Source of the DNA: Erysipelotrichaceae bacterium MTC7
Lineage (GTDB): Bacteria; Bacillota_I; Bacilli_A; Erysipelotrichales; Erysipelotrichaceae
DNA: 32,000 bases
NCBI GenBank assembly: GCA_001695645.1
Contig: LVZN01000015.1
Span: 9,749 to 41,748, forward strand
Direction: 5' to 3'
The translations under genes were made by a program, and so were the position numbers. The notes beneath the pieces are model-generated. The model was given only the letters and a program-made list of their open reading frames with translations. It did not search any database and was not told the origin of the DNA. This document shows, in pieces, positions 7,296 through 15,303 of the stretch; position 1 is the stretch's first letter; the number at the start of each line of letters is the position of its first letter.

Positions 7296-9521
7296 TTATT
7301 GATTCAAAGATTTTTTCTTCCTATTTCTTATATGCAGCCCAACAAGCAACATTAAAGTACTTAAAGATAACCAATACACCGTATGACTTGTATCACTTGT
7401 CGCTACGCTTGCATGTGCAGTGGTATTGTTACTTTTAGAACTTGAAGACTTGACCGTTTGATTTCCAACTTCTGAATTCTTGTTATCAACATTTTTAGAA
7501 TCTGTAGACTCTTCAGTTTTATTTCCAGTATCCGAATTCTCATTGTCGGCATTTCCAGTTTCCACATTCACTTTTTTTAGTTGTTCAATTGCTTGTAATA
7601 ATGCTGTACATGCTTCATCAACCACATTTTGACTTGCCATTTCATCTTCTAAAACAGATTTTGCTTGCTCTAGCGCACGTAGATATACATTCCATGTTGA
7701 AGCTGTATATGCATCTGCAGCATCAATTGCAATTGCTCCAGCGACGATTGCCTGTAGTTGTGATTTATCAACCACATGCTTTAATTCTTTTGTCACAAGT
7801 TTCCAGTCATCTGTAGTTCCCCAACTAAAGGCTTCTGCTTGTACATGTAATCCAACGCTTAGTGTAGTTTCTTCATCTATACTAAATGTAATGGTTGGTT
7901 CTTTCCAGTTGCACCACCCGTCCAATTGGATAAGCTGTTTTTGAATCACTTGGTTTCCTATAGCAACATATGCATAAATATCAGAAGTATCTACATTTGC
8001 ACCACCTTGTATATGTAGTGAGAATTTATGAGTTCCTGCTGGTAACGTGACCTCTTGTGATACATTAAAATCAATTTCTTCCTCACTATAAAAGTGAACA
8101 CTATACGCTCCGGAAAATGGGTCATCCGTTTTCCGTGAAACGTACGGTTTCGAAATTTCAAATATACTCATATCTTCTTCTTCAAAACCAGGATTTTTAA
8201 GAACATTTACTAATTCTGGTTCAGTTTTTTCATTATAACCAGTAAATACATATGTAAAGACACGTAACGAAGGCAATGCATGTCCCGCAAAATCAAACAT
8301 TGCTTGATTATCTACTTCAGTCCCTCCGTAATTAGACATAGTTGCAATCCCACTTCCCGTTGGACTTTTGTCATAAGTCGTTGCCGCTTTGGTCGCCCAT
8401 CCAGATCCATATGTTTCCCATAAAGGTTCATTGTCTGCTCGTGTCCCATTACCTTGATTTACTGGAATCCATGTATTTTCCCAATAAAAGACACCAATTC
8501 CTTTGCTGTTTTTTACACCATTGTTTACCGTATCAACGACATCTCTGAACATATTTGCCTGCCCATCAACGCTTGCATCATAACCTTTCAGCTGACTTTT
8601 ATTTTTGATGAGATTTGCTTGATCATCACCGTCTTCCAAAGTGTATGGATATGCTGTCTCTGCAACCATTACTTCTTTATCAAAGTCATCTACTATTTTA
8701 TTTAATTGGGTAGATAGCTGACTTAGTGTTCCATGCCAAACTGGATAATACGAAGTTGCAACAACGTCAAAATCAACTCCGCCATCATACAATTCTTTTG
8801 TATATGTATATGGATTTCCCTTTTCTGGGTTTGTAAAATGCACAGCAACTTTTATGTTTTTACTTACATCGCGAATGGCTTTGCTTCCCGCTTTAAATAG
8901 TTTTAGTTTATTCTCTAACTTTGTTTCGCCACAGATACCTTGACCTGTTGTTTCATTCCCTACTTGCACCATTCCAACATCAACGCCTGCATCGTGCAAT
9001 GCAACTAAACTTTCCTTGGTGTATTCATAGATTTCACTAGCTTTTTGATCTGCTGAAAGTTTCTCCCATGCCTTTGGTGCATTTTGGCGTCCTGGATCAG
9101 CCCAAAAATCTGAATAATGGAAATCAACCAATAACTTCATGCCTTTAGCTGTTGCGCGCTTACCAATCGCTATAGCTTTTGCTAAATCAGAGTTTCCTCC
9201 ACCATAACCATTGCCATGTTCATCGTATGGATCATTCCAAACTTTTACACGAATGTAATTTACTCCGGCATCTGCCATAATGGCAAATACATCTTTTTCT
9301 TGACCGTCGAAATCGTAGTATTTCCCACCGCTTTCTTCTACTGCAATAACACTCGATGCATCTGTCCCAAGGATAAAATCATTTTCTAAATTATCAACTT
9401 TTTGAATACTTACTTCCTCAGTTATTTCTTCTTTTCTTAAAGATGTCATGTTAGTTACACTCATAAGCGCAATGAAAACACCCATCAATAAAATGGTAAC
9501 TTTTTTATAAATTCGTTTCAT
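7296..9521 (-). CDS. ganB: Secreted, cell-associated arabinogalactan endo-beta-1,4-galactanase (GH53) with a C-terminal beta-sandwich CBM-like module, a FIVAR-like helical module, a low-complexity N/S/T-rich stalk and a C-terminal hydrophobic anchor
   Basis: Signal peptide MKRIYKKVTILLMGVFIALMSV. GH53 hallmarks GVNYIRVKVWNDP, VQVGNETT (acid/base Glu) and VMVAETAYPYT (nucleophile Glu). The C-terminus is ...VATSDTSHTVYWLSLSTLMLLVGLHIRNRKKK. Confidence 0.85.
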   Translation of the reverse strand: MKRIYKKVTILLMGVFIALMSVTNMTSLRKEEITEEVSIQKVDNLENDFILGTDASSVIAVEESGGKYYDFDGQEKDVFAIMADAGVNYIRVKVWNDPYDEHGNGYGGGNSDLAKAIAIGKRATAKGMKLLVDFHYSDFWADPGRQNAPKAWEKLSADQKASEIYEYTKESLVALHDAGVDVGMVQVGNETTGQGICGETKLENKLKLFKAGSKAIRDVSKNIKVAVHFTNPEKGNPYTYTKELYDGGVDFDVVATSYYPVWHGTLSQLSTQLNKIVDDFDKEVMVAETAYPYTLEDGDDQANLIKNKSQLKGYDASVDGQANMFRDVVDTVNNGVKNSKGIGVFYWENTWIPVNQGNGTRADNEPLWETYGSGWATKAATTYDKSPTGSGIATMSNYGGTEVDNQAMFDFAGHALPSLRVFTYVFTGYNEKTEPELVNVLKNPGFEEEDMSIFEISKPYVSRKTDDPFSGAYSVHFYSEEEIDFNVSQEVTLPAGTHKFSLHIQGGANVDTSDIYAYVAIGNQVIQKQLIQLDGWCNWKEPTITFSIDEETTLSVGLHVQAEAFSWGTTDDWKLVTKELKHVVDKSQLQAIVAGAIAIDAADAYTASTWNVYLRALEQAKSVLEDEMASQNVVDEACTALLQAIEQLKKVNVETGNADNENSDTGNKTEESTDSKNVDNKNSEVGNQTVKSSSSKSNNTTAHASVATSDTSHTVYWLSLSTLMLLVGLHIRNRKKKSLNQ

Positions 9522-9548
9522 CTTAACCCCTTTTTACACAATATAGTT

Positions 9549-10217
9549 TTAATTATTTTCTAGTAATTCTGTAAAATCATGAATTACTTTTTTCACATAT
9601 GGTAGTTTCTTATATATATCAAATTGCTTTGCTGAATCAACTACCACAATATTTTTGCATCCTGCCTCCGCTGCATTTTTAATACCACTAATCGAATCTT
9701 CGATAACTAAAATATCTTCAATTGGTGTATGCAATTTATCTGCTGCATTTTTAAACATCGCAATTTTGTTTTTATATGTTCCATCATCATAGACGATATC
9801 AGATGGTTGAATCCAATCATCTAAGCAAAATGACTCGACAAAGAAATCTATATTTGGTTTAATTGACGCGCTTGCTATGGTAAATGGAATGTTTTTTTTC
9901 TTTAGTTGATCAAAATAGGCAGAACTTCCTTTTACCAAATGAAATGTAGATTCATCTTTCTTACAAAAATCTCTATATATTTTTTCCTTAAGTAAAGAGT
10001 ACTGATTCATTTGCTCATCTGTAGCTTTTCCATCTAACATATATTGGATTACCTTGTTGTTTGGTACGCCATTGATATGTTCCAATAACTCAGTTTCTTG
10101 AAGTTCTGTTCCTCGAAGTCTCTTTGAGATTTCTCCCCAAGCTTTGATGTGTTTATCATTATCAAAAAATAAAGTTCCATTAAAATCAAAAATGACGGCT
10201 TTATAATCTAACTTCAT
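9549..10217 (-). CDS. HAD-superfamily hydrolase, subfamily IA (beta-phosphoglucomutase/sugar-phosphatase-like), with a non-canonical motif I
   Basis: Motif I is VIFDFNGTL (DxN instead of DxD). Motif II is FTIASAS. Motif IV is VIEDSISGIKNAAEAG. Start moved to the ATG at 10217, which overlaps the lacG stop (ATGA) and follows AAGGAG. Confidence 0.8.
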   Translation of the reverse strand: MKLDYKAVIFDFNGTLFFDNDKHIKAWGEISKRLRGTELQETELLEHINGVPNNKVIQYMLDGKATDEQMNQYSLLKEKIYRDFCKKDESTFHLVKGSSAYFDQLKKKNIPFTIASASIKPNIDFFVESFCLDDWIQPSDIVYDDGTYKNKIAMFKNAADKLHTPIEDILVIEDSISGIKNAAEAGCKNIVVVDSAKQFDIYKKLPYVKKVIHDFTELLENN

Positions 10218-11617
10218 TCTAACTCCTTTGTTTCTGAAATACGTTTGTACCAATAAGCTGATGCTTTAGGGTAGCGTTTTTGAGTTTCATAGTCAATATA
10301 GAATAAACCATATCGCTTGTTGTATCCATTTGTCCATGAGAACATGTCCATTAGTGACCAGATAAAGTATCCTTTCACATTTACTCCAGCTTCAACTGCT
10401 TTTAATAAATAATGTAAATGTCTTCTTACAAAATCAATTCTTGGTGAGTCATCAATTACTCCATTCTCAAAATCATCTTTATATCCCATTCCGTTTTCCG
10501 TAATGTAGATTTCCTTGTAGTTTGGATATTGCATTTTGATACGCATCAACATATCAAACATGCTTTCAGGGTGAATTAACCAATCCCAATCAGTTCGATC
10601 AATCCCATCCTTCTCCATACGTTCTCCAACACCTTGTAAGCCAAAACGTGAAGTGCCTTTCTCTCCAGTTCCATTATGAAAAATATCATTTTCTCCATCA
10701 TATGCTTGAATGAAACGACTTTGGTAATAATTCATTCCCATAAAATCGTTAAGTTCTGCAGCTTTTCGCATGATTTTCAAATCTTCTTCTTTAATGGTAA
10801 TAACGCCTCCTTGCAAACTTGCTAATTTATTTGCAACCTGTAAGGTTTCGCAACTATATTCACCCAAGAATGTTGCATCAAGCAAAAATTGATTTTGTAG
10901 CACATCTTCATTTTTCGCAGCATGAATATCTTCAACTTTTAACTCGTTATACGGATACTTATACTCTAAGGACTGTACAACTCCAATCTTTCCATTGTAG
11001 CCTTTTTCTTTGTAGAGAATGACTGCTTTTGCATGAGCAAGCATCATGTTGTGCATCGCTTGGAATGCTTTTGTCACATTATATTTTTCCCCATAAGGAA
11101 ATGTTCCTTCAATGTATTGATTTGTTGCAACCGCCCATATTTCATTGAAAGTAAACCAATATGTGACTTCATCTTTGAACTCCTCAAAACAAAATTCTGC
11201 ATATTTTACAAAGGCATTGATGGTATGTTCGTTTAAGAAATCCCCATCTTTGTACAATCCAATTGGTGTATCAAAGTGATGTAATGTAACAAATGGGTCT
11301 ACATCGTTTTTTCGACACTCTTTAAATAGATTATGGTAAAAATCAATGCCTTCTTGATTGATTTCTCCACTACCTTTAGGAAAGATTCTTGCCCACGAGA
11401 TCGAAATCCGAATCCCATTAATTCCAAACATCTTACATAATTTAAGATCAATAGGATATTGATGATAGAAATCACTTGCAGGATCTGCTTGAAATCTTCC
11501 TTTCGTTTCTAGAAATTCATCCCAAGAAATAACTCCTTTTCCATATGCGCGTGTACTACCTTCACATTGATATGCAGCCGTGGCTCCACCAAAAATAAAA
11601 TCTTCTGCAAATTTCAT
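10214..11617 (-). CDS. lacG: 6-phospho-beta-galactosidase (GH1)
   Basis: Collinear by recall with Lactococcus/Staphylococcus LacG over the whole length: DFIFGGATAAYQCEG, TLHHFDTP, TFNEI (acid/base), YITENG (nucleophile), FIWSLMDMFSW. Start set at the ATG at 11617, after GGAGGTAAAC. Confidence 0.95.
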   Translation of the reverse strand: MKFAEDFIFGGATAAYQCEGSTRAYGKGVISWDEFLETKGRFQADPASDFYHQYPIDLKLCKMFGINGIRISISWARIFPKGSGEINQEGIDFYHNLFKECRKNDVDPFVTLHHFDTPIGLYKDGDFLNEHTINAFVKYAEFCFEEFKDEVTYWFTFNEIWAVATNQYIEGTFPYGEKYNVTKAFQAMHNMMLAHAKAVILYKEKGYNGKIGVVQSLEYKYPYNELKVEDIHAAKNEDVLQNQFLLDATFLGEYSCETLQVANKLASLQGGVITIKEEDLKIMRKAAELNDFMGMNYYQSRFIQAYDGENDIFHNGTGEKGTSRFGLQGVGERMEKDGIDRTDWDWLIHPESMFDMLMRIKMQYPNYKEIYITENGMGYKDDFENGVIDDSPRIDFVRRHLHYLLKAVEAGVNVKGYFIWSLMDMFSWTNGYNKRYGLFYIDYETQKRYPKASAYWYKRISETKELE

Positions 11618-11650
11618 GTTTACCTCCAAATTTCTCTTTTTTTAATTAGT

Positions 11651-11680
11651 AGAAAAGTAACAAAGTAATGTTACTTTTCT
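11651..11680. other. Perfect 12-bp stem-loop in the lacE-lacG intercistronic gap
   Basis: AGAAAAGTAACA-aagtaa-TGTTACTTTTCT. The T run follows the stem only on the plus (antisense) strand. Confidence 0.5.
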
Positions 11681-11686
11681 ATTTTT

Positions 11687-13348
11687 TTACTTTTCTAATA
11701 CGTCCAAAATAAAGTCCACTGCCCCTTTTGGATCTTTTGTTAGGGCAATGTATTGTACACCTTTTGTTGCTACAACTTTAATACCAAATTCTTTTGCCGC
11801 ATCTTGCACTTCATCTAAATGCGATTGTACTTGTGGCGATAGCACAACGACATCAAAGTTTTTTAGAATATCATAGTGCGAACCATACGCCCCTGCTTGT
11901 GCAGTCATAGGCGTTCCTGTTTGTGCTGCCCCATCTTCAATTGCGTTTGCAAACATTGCACTTGTTCCTGCACCAACACATAAGACTAAAACATTTACGT
12001 TATCCGTTAGTTCCTTACGTGTTTTTTTAATTTCTTGATTCTCACTTTTAGAAGAATCTGTAGATTCTAAGTCTTTTGCTGTTTGTGCTTCTTCAATTAA
12101 TAAACTATCATCATACGCCTTGATGAATGGTAGGTAGATGATAGAATCTACAACAATTAAAACAACAGCTAAAACAATTGCAAGAATACTTACTCCTGTA
12201 CCTAAAATTAATCCAACTGGTGCTGGAGTTGCCCACGGCAATACATACATAAACGAATCCATTTGAAGTACATCAACAAAGAATTTAAAGATACTAACAT
12301 TCACCATTGGTGCTAGTAAGAATGGAACGAAAAAGTATGGATTTAATACGATTGGTGTAGCAAATAACAATGGCTCGTTTACTGCAAAACATACTGGTAC
12401 AAACGATGCTTTACCAACGGCTTTGAGTTGTTTTGATCGAGCAAACAACATGAATAGGAAAGGTACAACAAGTGTAGCTCCAGTACCACCCATAGTTCCT
12501 ACGAAGTTTCCTAATCCAACAGTCAATACATTAGATGCGTGTTCTCCCGCTTTAAATAACTGTAAATTTGTTTCAACGTTTGCATAAATGATTGCAGCTA
12601 TTGCAGGTTCTACAATGGATGGTCCGTGAACCCCAACAAACCAGAATAACGCCATAGCTCCCCAAATTATACAAATTCCTAAGTATCCATCTGCAGCACT
12701 AAATAACGGTTGTAACAATGTAATTACTGCTTCTGCAAATGTAGTTCCTACTGTGTAAGTTGTAATTACATCAATGATGACACATATAAGTACAGCAAAT
12801 GAGAATGGAAAGATATCTCTAAACATTTGCGAGATGGTTCCAGGAACTTCTTTAGGCATGCGAATCGTAATATCTTTCTTTACACAGAAACGATATACCC
12901 AACATGTAATAAATGCTGCAATGAAACTTGCAATTAATCCTTTGGTTCCCATAAACGCAGTTGAGAAATTTCCATCAACTTGCGCTACACTCAAGAATAA
13001 GAATCCACAAATACTTGCCAACATAACAGATACTGGATTGATTTTCTTGTTTTGTGGCATTTTGCGGTTCATTGATTCTGCTAAACAACGTGCGGTTGTT
13101 GCTGTAACTAATAAACCAACAACTCCCATCGTATATCCATAAACTTTCCATAACCATGTAGATACTTCATCCGGCCAAGCAAAACCAAAAATTTCTGGAA
13201 TTGCAGCTGCTAGAATAAATACACTAGAGAATAGAATTGCAGGCATAGCCGTTAAAAATCCATCTCTAATTGCCCCTAAATAAATGTTTTGTGCTAACTT
13301 ATCAAAAAATGGTTTCGCTTTTTCGATTTGGCGAATAATTCCCCCCAT
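11687..13348 (-). CDS. lacE: PTS lactose/cellobiose-family EIICB component
   Basis: The N-terminus IEKAKPFFDKLAQNIYLGAIRDGF matches the LacE N-terminus. Multi-pass EIIC is followed by a C-terminal EIIB (NVLVLCVGAGTSAMFA, with the Cys phosphorylation site). Confidence 0.9.
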   Translation of the reverse strand: MGGIIRQIEKAKPFFDKLAQNIYLGAIRDGFLTAMPAILFSSVFILAAAIPEIFGFAWPDEVSTWLWKVYGYTMGVVGLLVTATTARCLAESMNRKMPQNKKINPVSVMLASICGFLFLSVAQVDGNFSTAFMGTKGLIASFIAAFITCWVYRFCVKKDITIRMPKEVPGTISQMFRDIFPFSFAVLICVIIDVITTYTVGTTFAEAVITLLQPLFSAADGYLGICIIWGAMALFWFVGVHGPSIVEPAIAAIIYANVETNLQLFKAGEHASNVLTVGLGNFVGTMGGTGATLVVPFLFMLFARSKQLKAVGKASFVPVCFAVNEPLLFATPIVLNPYFFVPFLLAPMVNVSIFKFFVDVLQMDSFMYVLPWATPAPVGLILGTGVSILAIVLAVVLIVVDSIIYLPFIKAYDDSLLIEEAQTAKDLESTDSSKSENQEIKKTRKELTDNVNVLVLCVGAGTSAMFANAIEDGAAQTGTPMTAQAGAYGSHYDILKNFDVVVLSPQVQSHLDEVQDAAKEFGIKVVATKGVQYIALTKDPKGAVDFILDVLEK

Positions 13349-13350
13349 AC

Positions 13351-13671
13351 TTACTTCTCCTCCTTGTGTTTATAAAGTTCAATAAAATCAGTAATGATAT
13401 CCCGTAATAAAATCGTTGTCATTAAATGGTCTTGTGAATGTATAAATATAAAACCAAGTTCCATGTCTTGACCTGCTGCTTCTTCAGCTAAAATCTTTGT
13501 TTGTGCTTGGTGTGCAAGATGAAGATTTTCATCCGCATCGCGCAGACGTTCTTCAACATTGTCAAAATTCCCTTTTCTTATGTCTTTTAACAATTCTAGA
13601 AGTGTACTTCTTGCATCACCTGCGTAGGCTACAATCTCAAAACCTACCATAATCAATTCGTTTTTTTCCAT
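13351..13671 (-). CDS. lacF: PTS lactose-family EIIA component
   Basis: GFEIVAYAGDARS...HSQDHLMTTILL... resembles LacF (catalytic His in QDHLMT). 106 aa. Confidence 0.9.
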   Translation of the reverse strand: MEKNELIMVGFEIVAYAGDARSTLLELLKDIRKGNFDNVEERLRDADENLHLAHQAQTKILAEEAAGQDMELGFIFIHSQDHLMTTILLRDIITDFIELYKHKEEK

Positions 13672-13832
13672 CGATTATTTCTCCTAACTTTTAAATACAA
13701 TAGATCGATAATTCTTTTCAAACAATAGAAGCTCTTTCATATATATGATTCCTGTAAACGTAAGAGCCAACATTTACTTTCTTCATATATATTTCCCCTA
13801 TCAAGCAAAAGTTTGATTCCTTGTACACCCAA

Positions 13833-13861
13833 ATTGTAAACGCTAACAAAACACGTGTCAA
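13833..13861 (-). promoter_or_regulatory. Sigma-A-type promoter of the lacFEG-HAD-ganB operon
   Basis: TTGACA (13856-13861), 17 nt, TACAAT (13833-13838) on the minus strand. Confidence 0.55.
13835..13848. promoter_or_regulatory. Catabolite-responsive element (cre, CcpA site) overlapping the lac promoter -10 and spacer
   Basis: TGTAAACGCTAACA matches TGWAANCGNTNWCA at every constrained position. Confidence 0.65.
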
Positions 13862-13963
13862 CATTTCCAAACACTAATAGTCAAAAAAAATGGAAAGTTT
13901 TCATAAAATTGTTCGATTTCGATTTATGTAACTTAATTATTGTTTGTTTTTGTTTGATTATTG

Positions 13964-13992
13964 TTGACTATTTGCATCTATGCATGTATATT
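13964..13992 (+). promoter_or_regulatory. Sigma-A-type promoter of lacR
   Basis: TTGACT (13964-13969), 17 nt, TATATT (13987-13992). Confidence 0.5.
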
Positions 13993-14031
13993 CAAAGTAA
14001 CAAGCAAGAAATAATAGCGAGGTCATTCATT

Positions 14032-14793
14032 ATGTTAAAAAGAGAACGCTTATTGAAAATTACTAATATTGTAAATGAACAAGGCATTGTAACTGTAACA
14101 GATATTATGGAAGAACTACACGTATCGGATATGACAGTCCGCAGAGATTTAGATGAACTTGAAAAAGCTGGGAAGCTCTTACGAATTCATGGAGGTGCAC
14201 AAAGTCTTACTTTTTCTCTTGATCACGAACTTTCTCATTTAGAGAAAACAACTGTTCAATTTATCGAAAAGCAGCAGATTGTTCGCTATGCAAATTCTAT
14301 AATCCAAGAAGGTGAGACTATTTTTCTTGGTCCCGGAACAACAATTGAAATGTTGGCTGATAAAGTTAAAGGAAGAAACATTCGTGTGATTACCAATAGT
14401 TATCCCGTATTTGAAACCTTGATTAATCACAAGCCGACGGAAGTGATCCTTACCGGTGGTGAATATCGCAGCAATACCGGAGCTTTTGTTGGACCTATCA
14501 CGAATTCTATACTATTTAAATTTAAATATACGAAAGCATTTATCGGTTGCAATGGTATTTGCAACAATGAGATTACCACCTATTCATTGGAAGAAGGCGA
14601 AGCACAAGCAATTGCACTAAACAATTCGCGTAACAAATATCTACTTGCTGATTATAAGAAATTCAATCGAGAAGATTTTTATGTATACTATAAGTTACAC
14701 GATTTTGATACGCTTATTACCGATAAAAACATAAGTGGAGAAACACTTAAACACTATGAACAATATACAGATATTGTAATAGCGAATAAATAG
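14032..14793 (+). CDS. lacR: DeoR-family transcriptional repressor (lactose phosphotransferase system repressor type)
   Basis: MLKRERLLKITNIVNEQGIVTVTDIMEELHVSDMTVRRDLDELEKAGKLLRIHGGA, followed by a DeoR C-terminal sensor domain. It is divergent from lacFEG. Start moved from 13855 to 14032; the extension is low-complexity and covers the promoter. Confidence 0.85.
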   Translation: MLKRERLLKITNIVNEQGIVTVTDIMEELHVSDMTVRRDLDELEKAGKLLRIHGGAQSLTFSLDHELSHLEKTTVQFIEKQQIVRYANSIIQEGETIFLGPGTTIEMLADKVKGRNIRVITNSYPVFETLINHKPTEVILTGGEYRSNTGAFVGPITNSILFKFKYTKAFIGCNGICNNEITTYSLEEGEAQAIALNNSRNKYLLADYKKFNREDFYVYYKLHDFDTLITDKNISGETLKHYEQYTDIVIANK

Positions 14794-14798
14794 CAAAA

Positions 14799-14827
14799 AA
14801 AAGTTCAGTTTTGATAACTGAACTTTT
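14799..14827. terminator. Bidirectional terminator between the convergent lacR and Rrf2 genes
   Basis: AAGTTCAGTT-ttgat-AACTGAACTT, a perfect 10-bp stem with an A run upstream and a T-rich tract downstream. Confidence 0.65.
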
Positions 14828-14833
14828 ATACTT

Positions 14834-15268
14834 TTATAGATAATACATAAAACTATCATTAAAGTTTAAACCTTCATACTGCTCTTTTAGTTCCACCAAT
14901 GAGATGGAGCTAAAAAACGTATGTATCTTGTCTTGAAATGGCTCGCATATCGACGATGAAATGACTTTATCAATGTTACGAGCACCACTTTCTTCAACCT
15001 CAAACAATGTTTTCTCGGTTGCTTCAAGAATATGATAGACCGATATATCTTTTGCTTTTCTAGCTAGTTTGTATCCACCTTTTGGTCCTTTTATGGACAC
15101 GACAAGGTCGTTGGCTTTCAGCTGGGAAAAAACCTGTTCCAGATAGATCTTGGAAATGTCTAATTCTTCCGATAAGGAGATTAGTGACTTTAAGGTGTTT
15201 GATTCTTCATAGACTGCAAGCAAAATCATTGCCGATAGTCCATACTTTGATTTATTTGAAAACTTCAT
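14834..15268 (-). CDS. Rrf2-family transcriptional regulator (CymR-like; cysteine metabolism repressor by context)
   Basis: Typical Rrf2 N-terminus MKFSNKSKYGLSAMILLA and HTH region SEELDISKIYLEQVFSQLKANDLV. It lies immediately downstream of cysK on the same strand. Confidence 0.8.
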   Translation of the reverse strand: MKFSNKSKYGLSAMILLAVYEESNTLKSLISLSEELDISKIYLEQVFSQLKANDLVVSIKGPKGGYKLARKAKDISVYHILEATEKTLFEVEESGARNIDKVISSSICEPFQDKIHTFFSSISLVELKEQYEGLNFNDSFMYYL

Positions 15269-15303
15269 GCCCTTCTCCTATCTTTATATTTAGGTTTCGC
15301 AAA

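Noticed and set aside
12774-13142. 122-aa plus-strand ORF inside lacE. The same applies to similar antisense ORFs at 18534-18908, 19396-19686, 20891-21184, 26137-26601, 26614-26907, 27498-27821, 28335-28646, 24765-25175, 29657-29926 and 30758-31060.
   Set aside because: They lie entirely within well-supported genes on the opposite strand and have no SD. Their composition is low-complexity or Cys/His-rich, as expected of shadow frames. No motif was recognised.
13753-13766. Second cre-like sequence TGTAAACGTAAGAG in the lac leader.
   Set aside because: It matches only the left half of the cre consensus; the right half (T-N-W-C-A) fails at several positions.
13855-14031. N-terminal extensions of tracked ORFs: lacR from 13855, padR from 24277, DUF5131 from 24861, manO from 26224, rpiR from 1037, cysK from 16266, HAD from 10253, lacG from 11629, amt from 20273.
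   Set aside because: The extensions lack an SD, cover promoters, operators or the preceding gene, and add non-homologous residues. In each case an internal ATG with a well-spaced SD gives the family-typical N-terminus.
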